This document shows positions 54,517 to 63,987 of a stretch of 64,000 nucleotides of DNA, one piece after another. Each line of letters begins with the position of its first letter. The first letter of the stretch is position 1. The DNA comes from a phage, in assembly GCA_031520405.1 (NCBI GenBank), contig GCA_031520405.1_4842.1. One strand, 5' to 3'. The position numbers and the translations under genes were made by a program. A model generated the notes under the pieces. The model was not told where the DNA came from. It searched no databases and worked only from the letters and a program-made list of their open reading frames with translations.

Positions 54517-54899
54517 AACACACCATCCACGAGTTGTTCCTTCGTCATACCAAGGAGTTGATTTTTGTGAGAACTGTGCGCCCCGTTCAATTTGAGCAAT
54601 TCCCAGCGTTCTTCATGATACTGTGGAGTTATTGCATCGTCAAAAGAAACATGGTGGCGATGCATAATTGTTGCAACGGTGTGAAGAACGATTGCTGTTG
54701 CTCTTTTTAAAGCACGTGTATCCGTGATGTGGTCTTCGTATTCGATTCCCATCAAATCGAGTTCTTTTCGGATATATGCTATAGACAAATCACCTTCAGA
54801 ATGCAATTTAACAATAGTCGCTTTCTTAGGATGTAATGCGCCGTCTGTTTCTTTCATGAACAGATCGTACAAATATTGTTTGTATCCTGACTGCGTCAT
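54513..54899 (-). CDS. hypothetical protein (128 aa)
   Basis: ORF from track, start/stop overlap with neighbours. Confidence 0.5.
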   Translation of the reverse strand: MTQSGYKQYLYDLFMKETDGALHPKKATIVKLHSEGDLSIAYIRKELDLMGIEYEDHITDTRALKRATAIVLHTVATIMHRHHVSFDDAITPQYHEERWELLKLNGAHSSHKNQLLGMTKEQLVDGVL

Positions 54900-55108
54900 T
54901 TAGATTCTCCCATGACGATAACGGAAGCGCCATTACGGAAGCATCCATATTCGGGTGGAAGACCTTCGCGAACCTTCTGTGTGAACGCTTCAGAAACTAC
55001 CAGACGGCCAACTCGAGAGTCTTTTTGTTTCGGGGTAGATTCAAAATAGTCGCCAAATGTCGCTTCCATATCGAGCACAGACATGTCTTCAATTCGTTGC
55101 ATTGCCAT
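54896..55108 (-). CDS. hypothetical protein (70 aa)
   Basis: ORF from track. Confidence 0.4.
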   Translation of the reverse strand: MAMQRIEDMSVLDMEATFGDYFESTPKQKDSRVGRLVVSEAFTQKVREGLPPEYGCFRNGASVIVMGESK

Positions 55109-55119
55109 GATATAGGACC

Positions 55120-55311
55120 TCAGTATAATTTCGTATAAACTTGTTTAACGCCAATATCGGCAGGAGCTGTGCTCTGCTGCATATTATAGAATGCCAAATC
55201 TGCTTGTTCTTTGTTTTCAAAATCAACTACAACTGTGTGTACTGATATTGCTTCACCCTGTCCATAAGCATAACAACGGCTGGTGACCAATATTTTGTAT
55301 TGAGGTGTCAT
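55120..55311 (-). CDS. hypothetical protein (63 aa)
   Basis: ORF from track. Confidence 0.4.
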   Translation of the reverse strand: MTPQYKILVTSRCYAYGQGEAISVHTVVVDFENKEQADLAFYNMQQSTAPADIGVKQVYTKLY

Positions 55312-55321
55312 AAATCAATCC

Positions 55322-55364
55322 TTGCAAAAAGAAAGGGGAACGGGCTAATAATAACCCATTCCCC
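55322..55364 (-). terminator. GGGG hairpin terminator with flanking TTCAATAAA motif
   Basis: ggggaacggg / cccattcccc imperfect stem; on the minus strand it is followed by tttcttttt; near-identical architecture to the element at 52104. Confidence 0.5.
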
Positions 55365-55392
55365 TTTATTGAAGAACGCAATCGCAATCAGA

Positions 55393-55560
55393 TTACTTTT
55401 TCTTCAGCTCGTCCAGTTTGGCTTCGATTTGTTCCAGGATGTCTTTACCCTTCTGAACAATCACTTCACCGTCTTGCGCGTGTTTACGGAAGACCAGAGC
55501 GCCAGCTACGAAGCCGACAACAACGCCAGGAAGCGCGTACACCAACAGATCTTGTAACAT
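55393..55560 (-). CDS. small membrane protein (55 aa; below ORF-track size cutoff)
   Basis: Hand-translated ORF MLQDLLVYALPGVVVGFVAGALVFRKH... with GAGGA RBS 8 nt upstream; hydrophobic N-terminus; terminator immediately downstream. Confidence 0.4.
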   Translation of the reverse strand: MLQDLLVYALPGVVVGFVAGALVFRKHAQDGEVIVQKGKDILEQIEAKLDELKKK

Positions 55561-55596
55561 GATAATATCCTCACTTTATAGGTGAGGATATTTATA

Positions 55597-56832
55597 TCAG
55601 CGCTTCAACAAAGACATGAGGTTTACACTGGTCGACTTCGGATTGTCCTCTATCTTTCGGACGGGCATTTTCAGATTAGTGTAAACCTCAGATGGTTCCC
55701 AACGCGTACCCTGCTGCAGGTGCCATATATGTAGAGGAACACCCGTCTCAAAGAACACAGGCATCTTCCACTTCTGGACGCCAGGAACGTGCCCTGTAGG
55801 AGCTTTTTCGCACAACAGGGTATCTGGTAGCCAGAGGGAACGGGCTTCCCAGAGAGGCGCACAGGAGTATTCAGGCCAAATACGCTCCATATAATCGATC
55901 TCGTCCCATGTACGCTCGGCGTCCCACCCGATGTAACGGGTATTCTTCAGTCGGAAGAATTTCTTCAGCCAACAAGCACCGGAGGTCTCAAAGTTCAGAC
56001 GATTGATAAACGTGATGTGGCCGAACTCTTCAACGCATTCCTGAAATGCTTTCTCAAGGTCGGTTTCGAGTATATCACATTCTTCGTCTGTAATAGGACA
56101 ACCGTTGATCTTTTTCTTCCCGTGCTTGGTCACCCAGTCGTCACGGTTTGACAAGAATGCCGCGCCGTTGCGGTTGGACTCGCTGCCATCGCGGTCACGC
56201 AACATGAAGCCAGGGACGTCTATATCCCATATGTTACCGAAGACCATGTTCAGGGCTTCCAGGAAGTTCCATGCGCTCAGGCGACCGAAGTATTTCCATG
56301 ACATCGCCGTATTCCACAGTTCAGTGAACTGGTCTTCCTTGGTAGTGCATTCCAACATCCAACGAAAAGAATCCATTTGGGTTTTACCACCCAACCAATC
56401 GATATAGGACTGAACGCACGGAATCATCTTCGACTTACGATAACGACAATCTGTATCGAAGCGCATACGATCAAAGTTCAGGTTATACCAATCAGAAAAT
56501 CGCTGAAACTCTTTCGGAGATTGTGGGGGTACAGGAAATTCACTGTAAATTGTCCATGGTCCAATCCCATTATAGCAACAACCCCACAAAAAGGCCATCC
56601 AAATCTTGCGCTCGATCTTCTCGAGCTGTGTGATGCCTTCTGTAACCTCTATGGCATAATCCATCAGACGGACTTGCTGGTTATGCTCTTCAGTGTAGGA
56701 TAGCGCCTCCACCCATGCCTTGAGCAGGTACATGCGATTTTCTGGCTTACGATAATCTACTGCCAGATCAATCGGGTATTTCCATTTTTCAGGGGCTTTA
56801 TATCCCTGCGGCATTTTAGAAATGTGTATCAT
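55597..56832 (-). CDS. hypothetical protein (411 aa), Trp/Cys-rich, candidate enzyme of unknown function
   Basis: Long conserved-looking ORF with no motif I can assign; co-oriented with a P-loop kinase-like gene and small membrane proteins. Confidence 0.55.
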   Translation of the reverse strand: MIHISKMPQGYKAPEKWKYPIDLAVDYRKPENRMYLLKAWVEALSYTEEHNQQVRLMDYAIEVTEGITQLEKIERKIWMAFLWGCCYNGIGPWTIYSEFPVPPQSPKEFQRFSDWYNLNFDRMRFDTDCRYRKSKMIPCVQSYIDWLGGKTQMDSFRWMLECTTKEDQFTELWNTAMSWKYFGRLSAWNFLEALNMVFGNIWDIDVPGFMLRDRDGSESNRNGAAFLSNRDDWVTKHGKKKINGCPITDEECDILETDLEKAFQECVEEFGHITFINRLNFETSGACWLKKFFRLKNTRYIGWDAERTWDEIDYMERIWPEYSCAPLWEARSLWLPDTLLCEKAPTGHVPGVQKWKMPVFFETGVPLHIWHLQQGTRWEPSEVYTNLKMPVRKIEDNPKSTSVNLMSLLKR

Positions 56833-57014
56833 CCGATTTTACTCCCGAGTTCAACACGGAACGCCAGATAGAAGAAAGTGGCGATCGATACAGGACATAT
56901 CACCAAGAATGGGCGCTGTTGCACCCCTTCTGTGACCATGACGCCGACCAGCGAAACCGTAAAGATAACGAACATCAACATCATGAAGATAAAATCAACC
57001 TGCTTGATTTTCAT
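56829..57014 (-). CDS. small membrane protein (61 aa)
   Basis: Two hydrophobic helices. Confidence 0.4.
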   Translation of the reverse strand: MKIKQVDFIFMMLMFVIFTVSLVGVMVTEGVQQRPFLVICPVSIATFFYLAFRVELGSKIG

Positions 57015-57381
57015 CTTTCGCTTCCTCTACAGGAGAAACAACTTCAGGCTCAGCTTCGGGAGCCAGCTGAATTTCTTCGGGGCTTACTACGGGCTGTCCC
57101 AGAGACCAGATAGGCAGGAAACGACGATCATTCGTCACCAACCAAATTTGCTTGGCGGTTTTCGTCTTTTCGGAAATAAAATGCTGGGCATTGACTTGGG
57201 TACGAGCCAAACCCACCTGACGCCAAGAACCGAAATCCTTAGAAGAAGGATTGGTATTCAGTTGAAATTGTGGGACGATTTTATTCTGTTCCGGATAATA
57301 ACGGACAGCGTTAATCATCTTCGCATCACCACGGTAATCAATAGCAACAGCGACAACGTTGCGTGGAATGAGGATTTTCAT
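56995..57381 (-). CDS. hypothetical protein (128 aa)
   Basis: ORF from track. Confidence 0.45.
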   Translation of the reverse strand: MKILIPRNVVAVAIDYRGDAKMINAVRYYPEQNKIVPQFQLNTNPSSKDFGSWRQVGLARTQVNAQHFISEKTKTAKQIWLVTNDRRFLPIWSLGQPVVSPEEIQLAPEAEPEVVSPVEEAKDENQAG

Positions 57382-57382
57382 T

Positions 57383-57586
57383 TTAATTCCTTTTGAAACT
57401 CTGAATTATGTTATAGACGAAAGGCGTTAATAAGATAGCACCCCCCAAATAATATAACGCGTAAACGTTCAATATTTCGGTTGAATCCAACTCAACGATG
57501 CCCAAATATTTCATGACACCGACAAGCACAGCTGTGATACACATCACCAATCCGACGAACACAAAATATTTAGACATCTGTTTCAT
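57383..57586 (-). CDS. small membrane protein (67 aa)
   Basis: Two hydrophobic helices. Confidence 0.4.
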   Translation of the reverse strand: MKQMSKYFVFVGLVMCITAVLVGVMKYLGIVELDSTEILNVYALYYLGGAILLTPFVYNIIQSFKRN

Positions 57587-57588
57587 TT

Positions 57589-58494
57589 CTAACCCTTACT
57601 CAACAGGCCGAGAAGGGATACAGAGGACTTTGTTACCTCTCCCTTGGCGCTCGCCTTGGTTTTAGATTTGGTCGCCTTCTCAGGGACTCGATGCGCTAGA
57701 GGATCATCCCCACCGACTTCACGCGTCATTGGGTCAGTTTCACAGAATCCGTAGAAATCTTTGATGTCCAGACCCATGGCGTGAAACTCACCACGCATTT
57801 GATGATGAATAGCGTTGCCAATCACCCACAAAGGTGCATCAAACGGCATCATGGCTAATTCGCTATCATTTCCTGTTTTGAATTCTTGAGTGTTTGTAGA
57901 CGATTGGCGATACAACACGTCTTGACCGCTGTAATCATTGACCACCACTTCCCAACCCAGCGCCAGCATTTCAGTCTTCGACTTCTCAAACTCCTTGGAG
58001 TAAGATTCGTTGCGTGACCAGCCGGAGTCCCCCGCTTCCTTACCAGAGCGTCCACGGATGCGAGCATCGTACTGATAGCGGTCAGGGTATGCAAAGTACA
58101 GCAGTGCCAGTGATTCAATCGGATAGTTCTTGAACATCCATTCAGGACGCCATTTATCCGACAACATGAGGGGTTCACCCTCGCACACCAAAGTGTAACC
58201 CTGAGCCAGCCAGCCTTTGACCAGATCACGGGCGATATCACCCGAGCCTGTGGCGGCGTGGATGGCGTCCATGGAAGTCCAGGAAGCCAGACCGGATTTG
58301 TTGGACACAGTATACTGGCCAACGAAGATTAACTTCAGCTCTTCGAATTTCAGACCGAATGGGCGCGTCTTGTCACCAATGGTGTAGGTGAGTTCAGTAG
58401 GCTCCAGCTTAGTTCGGAGCCATTCGATGAACTGGACCACTCTCGTACCCTTGCCCACGCCACTTGTTCCCTTCACTACAATTATTTTAGCCAT
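57589..58494 (-). CDS. P-loop kinase-like protein (adenylate-kinase-type GxxGxGKGT) with C-terminal extension
   Basis: N-terminal VVKGTSGVGKGT Walker A of the NMP-kinase type; about 130 extra C-terminal residues of unknown fold. Confidence 0.55.
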   Translation of the reverse strand: MAKIIVVKGTSGVGKGTRVVQFIEWLRTKLEPTELTYTIGDKTRPFGLKFEELKLIFVGQYTVSNKSGLASWTSMDAIHAATGSGDIARDLVKGWLAQGYTLVCEGEPLMLSDKWRPEWMFKNYPIESLALLYFAYPDRYQYDARIRGRSGKEAGDSGWSRNESYSKEFEKSKTEMLALGWEVVVNDYSGQDVLYRQSSTNTQEFKTGNDSELAMMPFDAPLWVIGNAIHHQMRGEFHAMGLDIKDFYGFCETDPMTREVGGDDPLAHRVPEKATKSKTKASAKGEVTKSSVSLLGLLSKG

Positions 58495-58835
58495 TATGCA
58501 TCTTCCTCAATACGCCAGCTCACACCGCCCATCCATGGTGCCCAGAACACAGCAACCTGTGGGCGGCCATTCTCTTCAAACTTCACTTTATACTGGTCGT
58601 CGAAGTTATAGAAAATTTCATCGTCATCTGGTGCCATACCGTTTTCTATCAGAACACGCTTTAACTCCAGCGCCGCACCAACGGAAGTGGGTGTGGTTTG
58701 TTTACGAATGAAGTTGTTCACATGGATAATAACGCCATCCATATCGCTATCACCGGAACGCTTGTCTGGGGTTTCCCCAAACTTGGATTGTTCTTGCACG
58801 ATGTCCTCCTCAATGGACGTATTGATAATGGCCAA
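58494..58835 (-). CDS. hypothetical protein (113 aa)
   Basis: ORF from track; acidic. Confidence 0.45.
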   Translation of the reverse strand: MAIINTSIEEDIVQEQSKFGETPDKRSGDSDMDGVIIHVNNFIRKQTTPTSVGAALELKRVLIENGMAPDDDEIFYNFDDQYKVKFEENGRPQVAVFWAPWMGGVSWRIEEDA

Positions 58836-59592
58836 TCAGGCGGTTCACCACTTCGACAATATTGCGGTTCAGGAAGTCGAAGTGGTTCTGGCCTTCTACT
58901 GGTTTAATATAAAGCATATCTTCCGAGTTCGAAAGATCCAGTTTTTCATAATTTCCCTGAGGAACAAAGATGACAAAAATATTGTTCATCGCACAGGGTT
59001 CAACGTATTTCGGGTTATCATCAATTAAAACATCACCTGCCAAAAGATGCTTTTCGTCGGTGCTGACAAACCCGTTGAAGATGCCAGGGAACTTGTCATA
59101 GACAAACTGGCGCTTGCTGCGCTCGTGTTCTGGCTCACACTTAGATACTGCGATCAATTCAACATTTTCAAAGTCTTCGAGAAGGATCTTCTTCAGATTC
59201 ACCAGGAACTCGTAAGCGCCTGGAAGCGGGTTCATCTTGGCATACAGGTCCGGCATGCGCCACCAATCCATAGGATCACGTCCTGTAGGTGAATCCATCC
59301 ATTGACCAGCAACAAACACACGGCGCGTCAACCATGCTGGGTGAGCGCGTTCCCGCATGAGGATCGCCAAATCACCAGCATGAGCCATATAGCACTCTTT
59401 GGTGATACGCTGGAAATCATTGGGATAATCATGACAACCCATGTTTTCAGCAGCAGCTTTTGAATTGGAAATATTAAACCAATCCACCCAAGGGGAGAGG
59501 CTATCAACCAAAGTCAAGTCTACGTCTACCAGGATACGATACATTCCACCGATTTTAGAATTGGCATCATACAGACCAACATGATTATTCAT
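58810..59592 (-). CDS. HAD-superfamily 5'(3')-deoxyribonucleotidase-like protein
   Basis: HAD motif I VDVDLTLVD (DxDxT) near the N-terminus and a DD motif (GDVLIDDN) near the C-terminus; start set at the ATG with GGAGAAG RBS. Confidence 0.5.
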   Translation of the reverse strand: MNNHVGLYDANSKIGGMYRILVDVDLTLVDSLSPWVDWFNISNSKAAAENMGCHDYPNDFQRITKECYMAHAGDLAILMRERAHPAWLTRRVFVAGQWMDSPTGRDPMDWWRMPDLYAKMNPLPGAYEFLVNLKKILLEDFENVELIAVSKCEPEHERSKRQFVYDKFPGIFNGFVSTDEKHLLAGDVLIDDNPKYVEPCAMNNIFVIFVPQGNYEKLDLSNSEDMLYIKPVEGQNHFDFLNRNIVEVVNRLIGHYQYVH

Positions 59593-59929
59593 CAGACTTC
59601 TCCACTTGATCATAACCAGTTGCGGTGCATTGCTCTTCTGTGCAATCTGCATACAGAACCACAGAAGATTCCTTCACGTAAGTGGTACAGTGATAGGTTT
59701 CATCTTCCTGGATGGAATCGTCATAATTGCAAACAGTTTGCAACGGACCAGGAGTGGTGTTATCCAACGCAGCATGTGCCTTGATGGTGTCTTCCATCTT
59801 ATTCACCGCTTGCTGATTGGTGAACGTCGGCGCATCGAGGTCAACAGTAGACGCAACGTCCAGAAGGGTAGAGCATGCAGTGGTAGAGAAAGCCAGAGCA
59901 CACACCAGAAGAATCTTATTGAGTTTCAT
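59585..59929 (-). CDS. predicted lipoprotein
   Basis: MKLNKILLVCALAFSTTAC: signal peptide with a lipobox-like Cys; 114 aa. Confidence 0.45.
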   Translation of the reverse strand: MKLNKILLVCALAFSTTACSTLLDVASTVDLDAPTFTNQQAVNKMEDTIKAHAALDNTTPGPLQTVCNYDDSIQEDETYHCTTYVKESSVVLYADCTEEQCTATGYDQVEKSDE

Positions 59930-59957
59930 AACAATACCTGTTGTCAAAGGGATAACA

Positions 59958-59990
59958 GGGGGAATTATATCCCCCTTTGGTTTATTGAAT
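59958..59990 (-). terminator. GC hairpin with flanking TTCAATAAA motif
   Basis: ggggga attata tccccc stem directly downstream of the DNA polymerase stop; motif TTCAATAAA between the stop and the hairpin on the minus strand. Confidence 0.4.
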
Positions 59991-62986
59991 CAACCTTTCT
60001 TGCCCATCATGGACAACAGATTAACTCGACGTTTATGAGACCAACCAACCACATCCAAGATAGACTGAATTGGCTCTATAAAGGTCTTTTCAAACGTGGT
60101 GTGGTAATCCACCCATTTATCCAATCCCAATTCTGGAGGAAGGAAGTCAGGGAAGGCTATGCGATCATTCCCCACAGGATTGCCAGGTTTCAGGTTGATG
60201 ATTTTAACCTTATCGCCAGATTCGATAGGGGGAAGACCGAGATCTTCGTGCTTATCGATCAGCTTGTTGTACATAATACAAGCCTTGGCAGCAAAGTGCG
60301 TACCGCTGATGTAATTCCCGTTCGCGTCTAACCACTTCTCAATATCGCTCACACCAGATGCCTGAGCGATATCATCCACGGTGAGTTCCATATATTCCTT
60401 TTTGTATCCAGCGATTAATTCCTGAACCTCTGCCTCAGTACCGAGCAGGACTTTCTCATAACATTTAACCAGACGCTCACGACACCACTCAGGAGTGGTT
60501 GATTTACGCGCTTCCAGACCTTTGAATTTGATCTTTGGTTTCTCATACTTGATGCCTTCGCTATCGTATACTGCCATACAATACATCTTCTTGGCTCGCC
60601 ATACAGCAGACGATGCGATGACCTCACGTTCCCAGACCATGCGCTGCTCAAACCCGTTCATGGTATTACACAACAACTGCGCCCATTCACTGGTTTTTGG
60701 CTGGTAATTCTCTTTGATCCATTGGTCAATGTTATCAACGAGTTTGTGATGGTCCTTTTCTTCAGGCCACAATTGCTTGACCAGGCGTTCAATGCAAATG
60801 TAGTTGGAGTCTGTATCACCTGCGATAACAAAATCCTGACCAGTGGTGCCACAAAGTTTGTTCAGATAATCATCAGTGTGGCGTTTGTTCCATTTATTGA
60901 TCAGCTGGCCGGAAGTGGTAATTGCTTCAGCGATGTTGATGTTGAAGTATTCTTTAAACCAGACGTTAGAAATTGCACCATATCCTGCGTTCATCAAGAT
61001 CTTCAGACCTTGTTGTAACGTATCTTGGGCAACTCCCAAATCTTCCCACTTGTGCATGACTTCAGTCAGGTGATCAAGGTCGATATGCTTGTGTTCTTCA
61101 TACCATTCAGGATCGTAGAAACGAGACTTCATGGCAGATTCAAGGTGGAAATCACCTTTAGACATTTCCTTACACCAACCAGCCCATTGCTCATACTTCA
61201 GGCCAGTTGCTTTCTCTCCTTTACGGTCAGCGTATATGCCTCGCATAATTTCGGAAAGGAAAGACATCTTCTCATTACTGAAGAATTGAACGTTCGGGGT
61301 AAACGAAACGTTATATCGACGTAATGTTTCAAAATGGAATTCACCCAGCGCGACCAATTCATCAACAACTTGTATGCGTTCATCAATAGCACGCTGCAGC
61401 TTGTCGTGAAGATTTTTGAGATGACGGCGCTTGTTCATAGGCGTTGTCATATCATTCATCGCTTTGGTCAATTCTTCACACATGGACTCAATGATATCGC
61501 GACGTGTGTGCTTGTCAGAAACGATAGTCTCAGGACCAAGGTTGTATTGCTGTATGATGTGGGGATACAGGGAGTTTAAGTCCTCAGAGAATACCCAGAA
61601 ATATATCCCTGGTGCAACCTCCATGACATATGCGCCTTCAAAGTCCGTTGGACCATCATATACACGCTGTATTTTAGGGACAATCCCCTTTTCATAAAGA
61701 CGATAGTAACACATCGCCAGCCATGGTGCTACAGTCCCAAGACCGTCTTCATAGTTAGATTTGGTGCGATACGCCAATACGAACATCAGCTGTATCAAAC
61801 GCAGCTTTTGTTCTAAACGCCACACGAGTTTGACGTCTTTGATACCATATCGGGTGTGTTTGCAATAATCATTAAAATATAGATCATACAATGACTTGCT
61901 TTCACTATAATCCAACTTCTTCTCACCGAGTTCACAATAAGCGATCCAATCCAGTGAGTATTTTTCGCGGGTTGTGTACGTGTGTTTCTTGTAAACTTGC
62001 ATGTAGTCCATCATAGGACAACCCACGAATTGATAAGAAGTCACGTCGCCTTTACGGTCTTTGATGAAACGTTTCTTGAGTTTGCCCCAAGGACTGAGGC
62101 GCTCTGCCTGGGTTTCGCCGAGAACCTGCGTAATACGTTCAACCAAGTACGGGCTATCAAACGTTTCGATGTTCCAGCCAGTCCAACCATCAAATTGACG
62201 TTCAGACCAATAATCTAAGAAGGCGCGAAGAAGTTCTTGTTCAGTCGTGTATTCTTTGTATTCAACCTCAAGACCACCTATCTCTTCATCATTTGGATCA
62301 TATTTGAATTTATGGCGATCCTTAGAACACGGCATACCCCAGACATAGAACTTGTTGGTGTTCATGTCTTGAAGCTGGATGAGCGTAATAGGGAAGGCGG
62401 CATTCATGTTCTGTGTGATCTTCCCATTACTATCAATGATAGGGAACTGGTCAGTCACGTTGTTGGAAATAAAGGAACCTGGGAAATGCTCTCGAACGAA
62501 ATCATGGTTGGCCAACACTTGCTTATGGAATCGGCGAACACGCGCCTCACTCCCCTTAAACGTGTGGGATTCAATCGTCGCGTGAGGAAATGGGCCTTTA
62601 GTCATTTCTCCATCGCGCCACCCAGCCGAGAAAACTTCGATATCCACGTTGGCGATGTGAATATTTGAGTAATCGGGGGTAATCATCCCAGGAAAACTAT
62701 GCGCTATGAATTGATATGCATAATCCGTTTGTCCGTAAACGGCAGCGCCTTCGACCTCCTTATATTCCTCCAGATAGTTGTCGGCGTCACGCATTGACGC
62801 AAATTTTTTAGACACCAACGGTTCATTGAGGAGGCCAATCTTTTCAACTTTGGAATAATCGGCTGTGGGTAAATACAAGGTGGGTTCGAATTTCTTACGC
62901 AACATACGGCGATTGCCGTTGTCGTCTGCAATACGAATCAGAAGGTCGTTACCCTGTCGGGCAACGTTCGTATAGAAAACAGTCAT
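59990..62986 (-). CDS. 43: DNA polymerase (family B), gp43
   Basis: Exo I (IANVDIEV), motif A region (KILMNAGYGAIS), motif C (AGDTDSNYI) and an N-terminus collinear with T4 gp43 (MTVFYTNVARQGN vs MKEFYISIETVGNN); start set at the ATG with GGAG RBS, giving 999 aa. Confidence 0.9.
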   Translation of the reverse strand: MTVFYTNVARQGNDLLIRIADDNGNRRMLRKKFEPTLYLPTADYSKVEKIGLLNEPLVSKKFASMRDADNYLEEYKEVEGAAVYGQTDYAYQFIAHSFPGMITPDYSNIHIANVDIEVFSAGWRDGEMTKGPFPHATIESHTFKGSEARVRRFHKQVLANHDFVREHFPGSFISNNVTDQFPIIDSNGKITQNMNAAFPITLIQLQDMNTNKFYVWGMPCSKDRHKFKYDPNDEEIGGLEVEYKEYTTEQELLRAFLDYWSERQFDGWTGWNIETFDSPYLVERITQVLGETQAERLSPWGKLKKRFIKDRKGDVTSYQFVGCPMMDYMQVYKKHTYTTREKYSLDWIAYCELGEKKLDYSESKSLYDLYFNDYCKHTRYGIKDVKLVWRLEQKLRLIQLMFVLAYRTKSNYEDGLGTVAPWLAMCYYRLYEKGIVPKIQRVYDGPTDFEGAYVMEVAPGIYFWVFSEDLNSLYPHIIQQYNLGPETIVSDKHTRRDIIESMCEELTKAMNDMTTPMNKRRHLKNLHDKLQRAIDERIQVVDELVALGEFHFETLRRYNVSFTPNVQFFSNEKMSFLSEIMRGIYADRKGEKATGLKYEQWAGWCKEMSKGDFHLESAMKSRFYDPEWYEEHKHIDLDHLTEVMHKWEDLGVAQDTLQQGLKILMNAGYGAISNVWFKEYFNINIAEAITTSGQLINKWNKRHTDDYLNKLCGTTGQDFVIAGDTDSNYICIERLVKQLWPEEKDHHKLVDNIDQWIKENYQPKTSEWAQLLCNTMNGFEQRMVWEREVIASSAVWRAKKMYCMAVYDSEGIKYEKPKIKFKGLEARKSTTPEWCRERLVKCYEKVLLGTEAEVQELIAGYKKEYMELTVDDIAQASGVSDIEKWLDANGNYISGTHFAAKACIMYNKLIDKHEDLGLPPIESGDKVKIINLKPGNPVGNDRIAFPDFLPPELGLDKWVDYHTTFEKTFIEPIQSILDVVGWSHKRRVNLLSMMGKKG

Positions 62987-63065
62987 TGTTTGTCTCCGGT
63001 TAACCGTGCCGTTAGCACGTCCCCGTAATTTAGCTGAGGAACGTTCAATGACCAAGGAGTTTATT

Positions 63066-63638
63066 ATGGCAATCCCCTTTGTGAGTATTATCCCAGGGGC
63101 GCTAAAGCAACTCTGGAACCTCGGGACTGATTTGATCCAATACAAGCGGGAAGTTGTTCAGGCAAAACACGATGTCAAGCTAGAGGCTATCAAGTCCTCC
63201 TCAGATTGGGAGCTGTCTAAGATCACCGAAGTCGGCGGGTCTTGGAAAGACGAATTCTGGACTATCGTGTTGGCCGTACCCGCTATCCTCGTCATGACTG
63301 CTCCGGTTGTGGAACTAATTCTGTTCCCTGATGAGTATCATAAAGGGGATTTCATCAAAGCAGTAATCGGCGGCCTCCAGGCGCTCGATACCGCACCTGA
63401 ATGGTATACCTATTCGTTATTGACAGCAATTAGTGCATCATTCGGTATCAAGGGGTATAACCATTACAAAAGCAACAGCCGGAAGGCGCAAGCTGTGGAT
63501 GCTCTCAAGCAGTTTGGGGTCAAAGTGGTTAACAAAGATCCCACTGTTGTTACTCAGTCGGGTTCTCCCGATCTTGAGTCTGCTCCCCCAGCTGGGTCTA
63601 CTGCGACCTCTGGTGCGTGGCCTGATCTGAAGAAATAA
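63066..63638 (+). CDS. membrane protein (three hydrophobic helices)
   Basis: Start at the ATG with AAGGAG RBS within track ORF 63006..63638; divergent from the DNA polymerase gene. Confidence 0.5.
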   Translation: MAIPFVSIIPGALKQLWNLGTDLIQYKREVVQAKHDVKLEAIKSSSDWELSKITEVGGSWKDEFWTIVLAVPAILVMTAPVVELILFPDEYHKGDFIKAVIGGLQALDTAPEWYTYSLLTAISASFGIKGYNHYKSNSRKAQAVDALKQFGVKVVNKDPTVVTQSGSPDLESAPPAGSTATSGAWPDLKK

Positions 63639-63679
63639 GTTAGAGGGGAGGAAACTCCCCTTTCTTTTGGTGTTAAGGA

Positions 63680-63892
63680 ATGAAAGTGGTAAACAAGAGA
63701 TTGCTCGTCACCCAAGGCGGGGCGACGATAGTAAGAGGAAGGATTTACGAACAGATTCAGCTGGGTGATCATAAGACACGCCTGACTGTCAAGGCACCGG
63801 ACGGTGGATGGCCCACAAAGGTGGTTGTCCCCGACGGCCTCATAGAACGAGGGACAGCAGTGTACAAAGGAGCAGAGTTCAAAATTTATTAA
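63680..63892 (+). CDS. hypothetical protein (70 aa)
   Basis: ORF from track. Confidence 0.4.
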   Translation: MKVVNKRLLVTQGGATIVRGRIYEQIQLGDHKTRLTVKAPDGGWPTKVVVPDGLIERGTAVYKGAEFKIY

Positions 63893-63910
63893 AATATTTA
63901 TTGAATAAAG

Positions 63911-63938
63911 TTTACTTCTTCAATAACTGGCGTATACT
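63911..63938 (+). promoter_or_regulatory. candidate early promoter (TTTACT-N16-TATACT)
   Basis: -35-like and -10-like hexamers embedded in an inverted TTATTGAA / TTCAATAA pair, about 50 nt upstream of the ATG at 63988. Confidence 0.4.
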
Positions 63939-63987
63939 TCTAATTGTAGTACGAACAAACAACAATTTGAAGAGAAGGAAATACATC

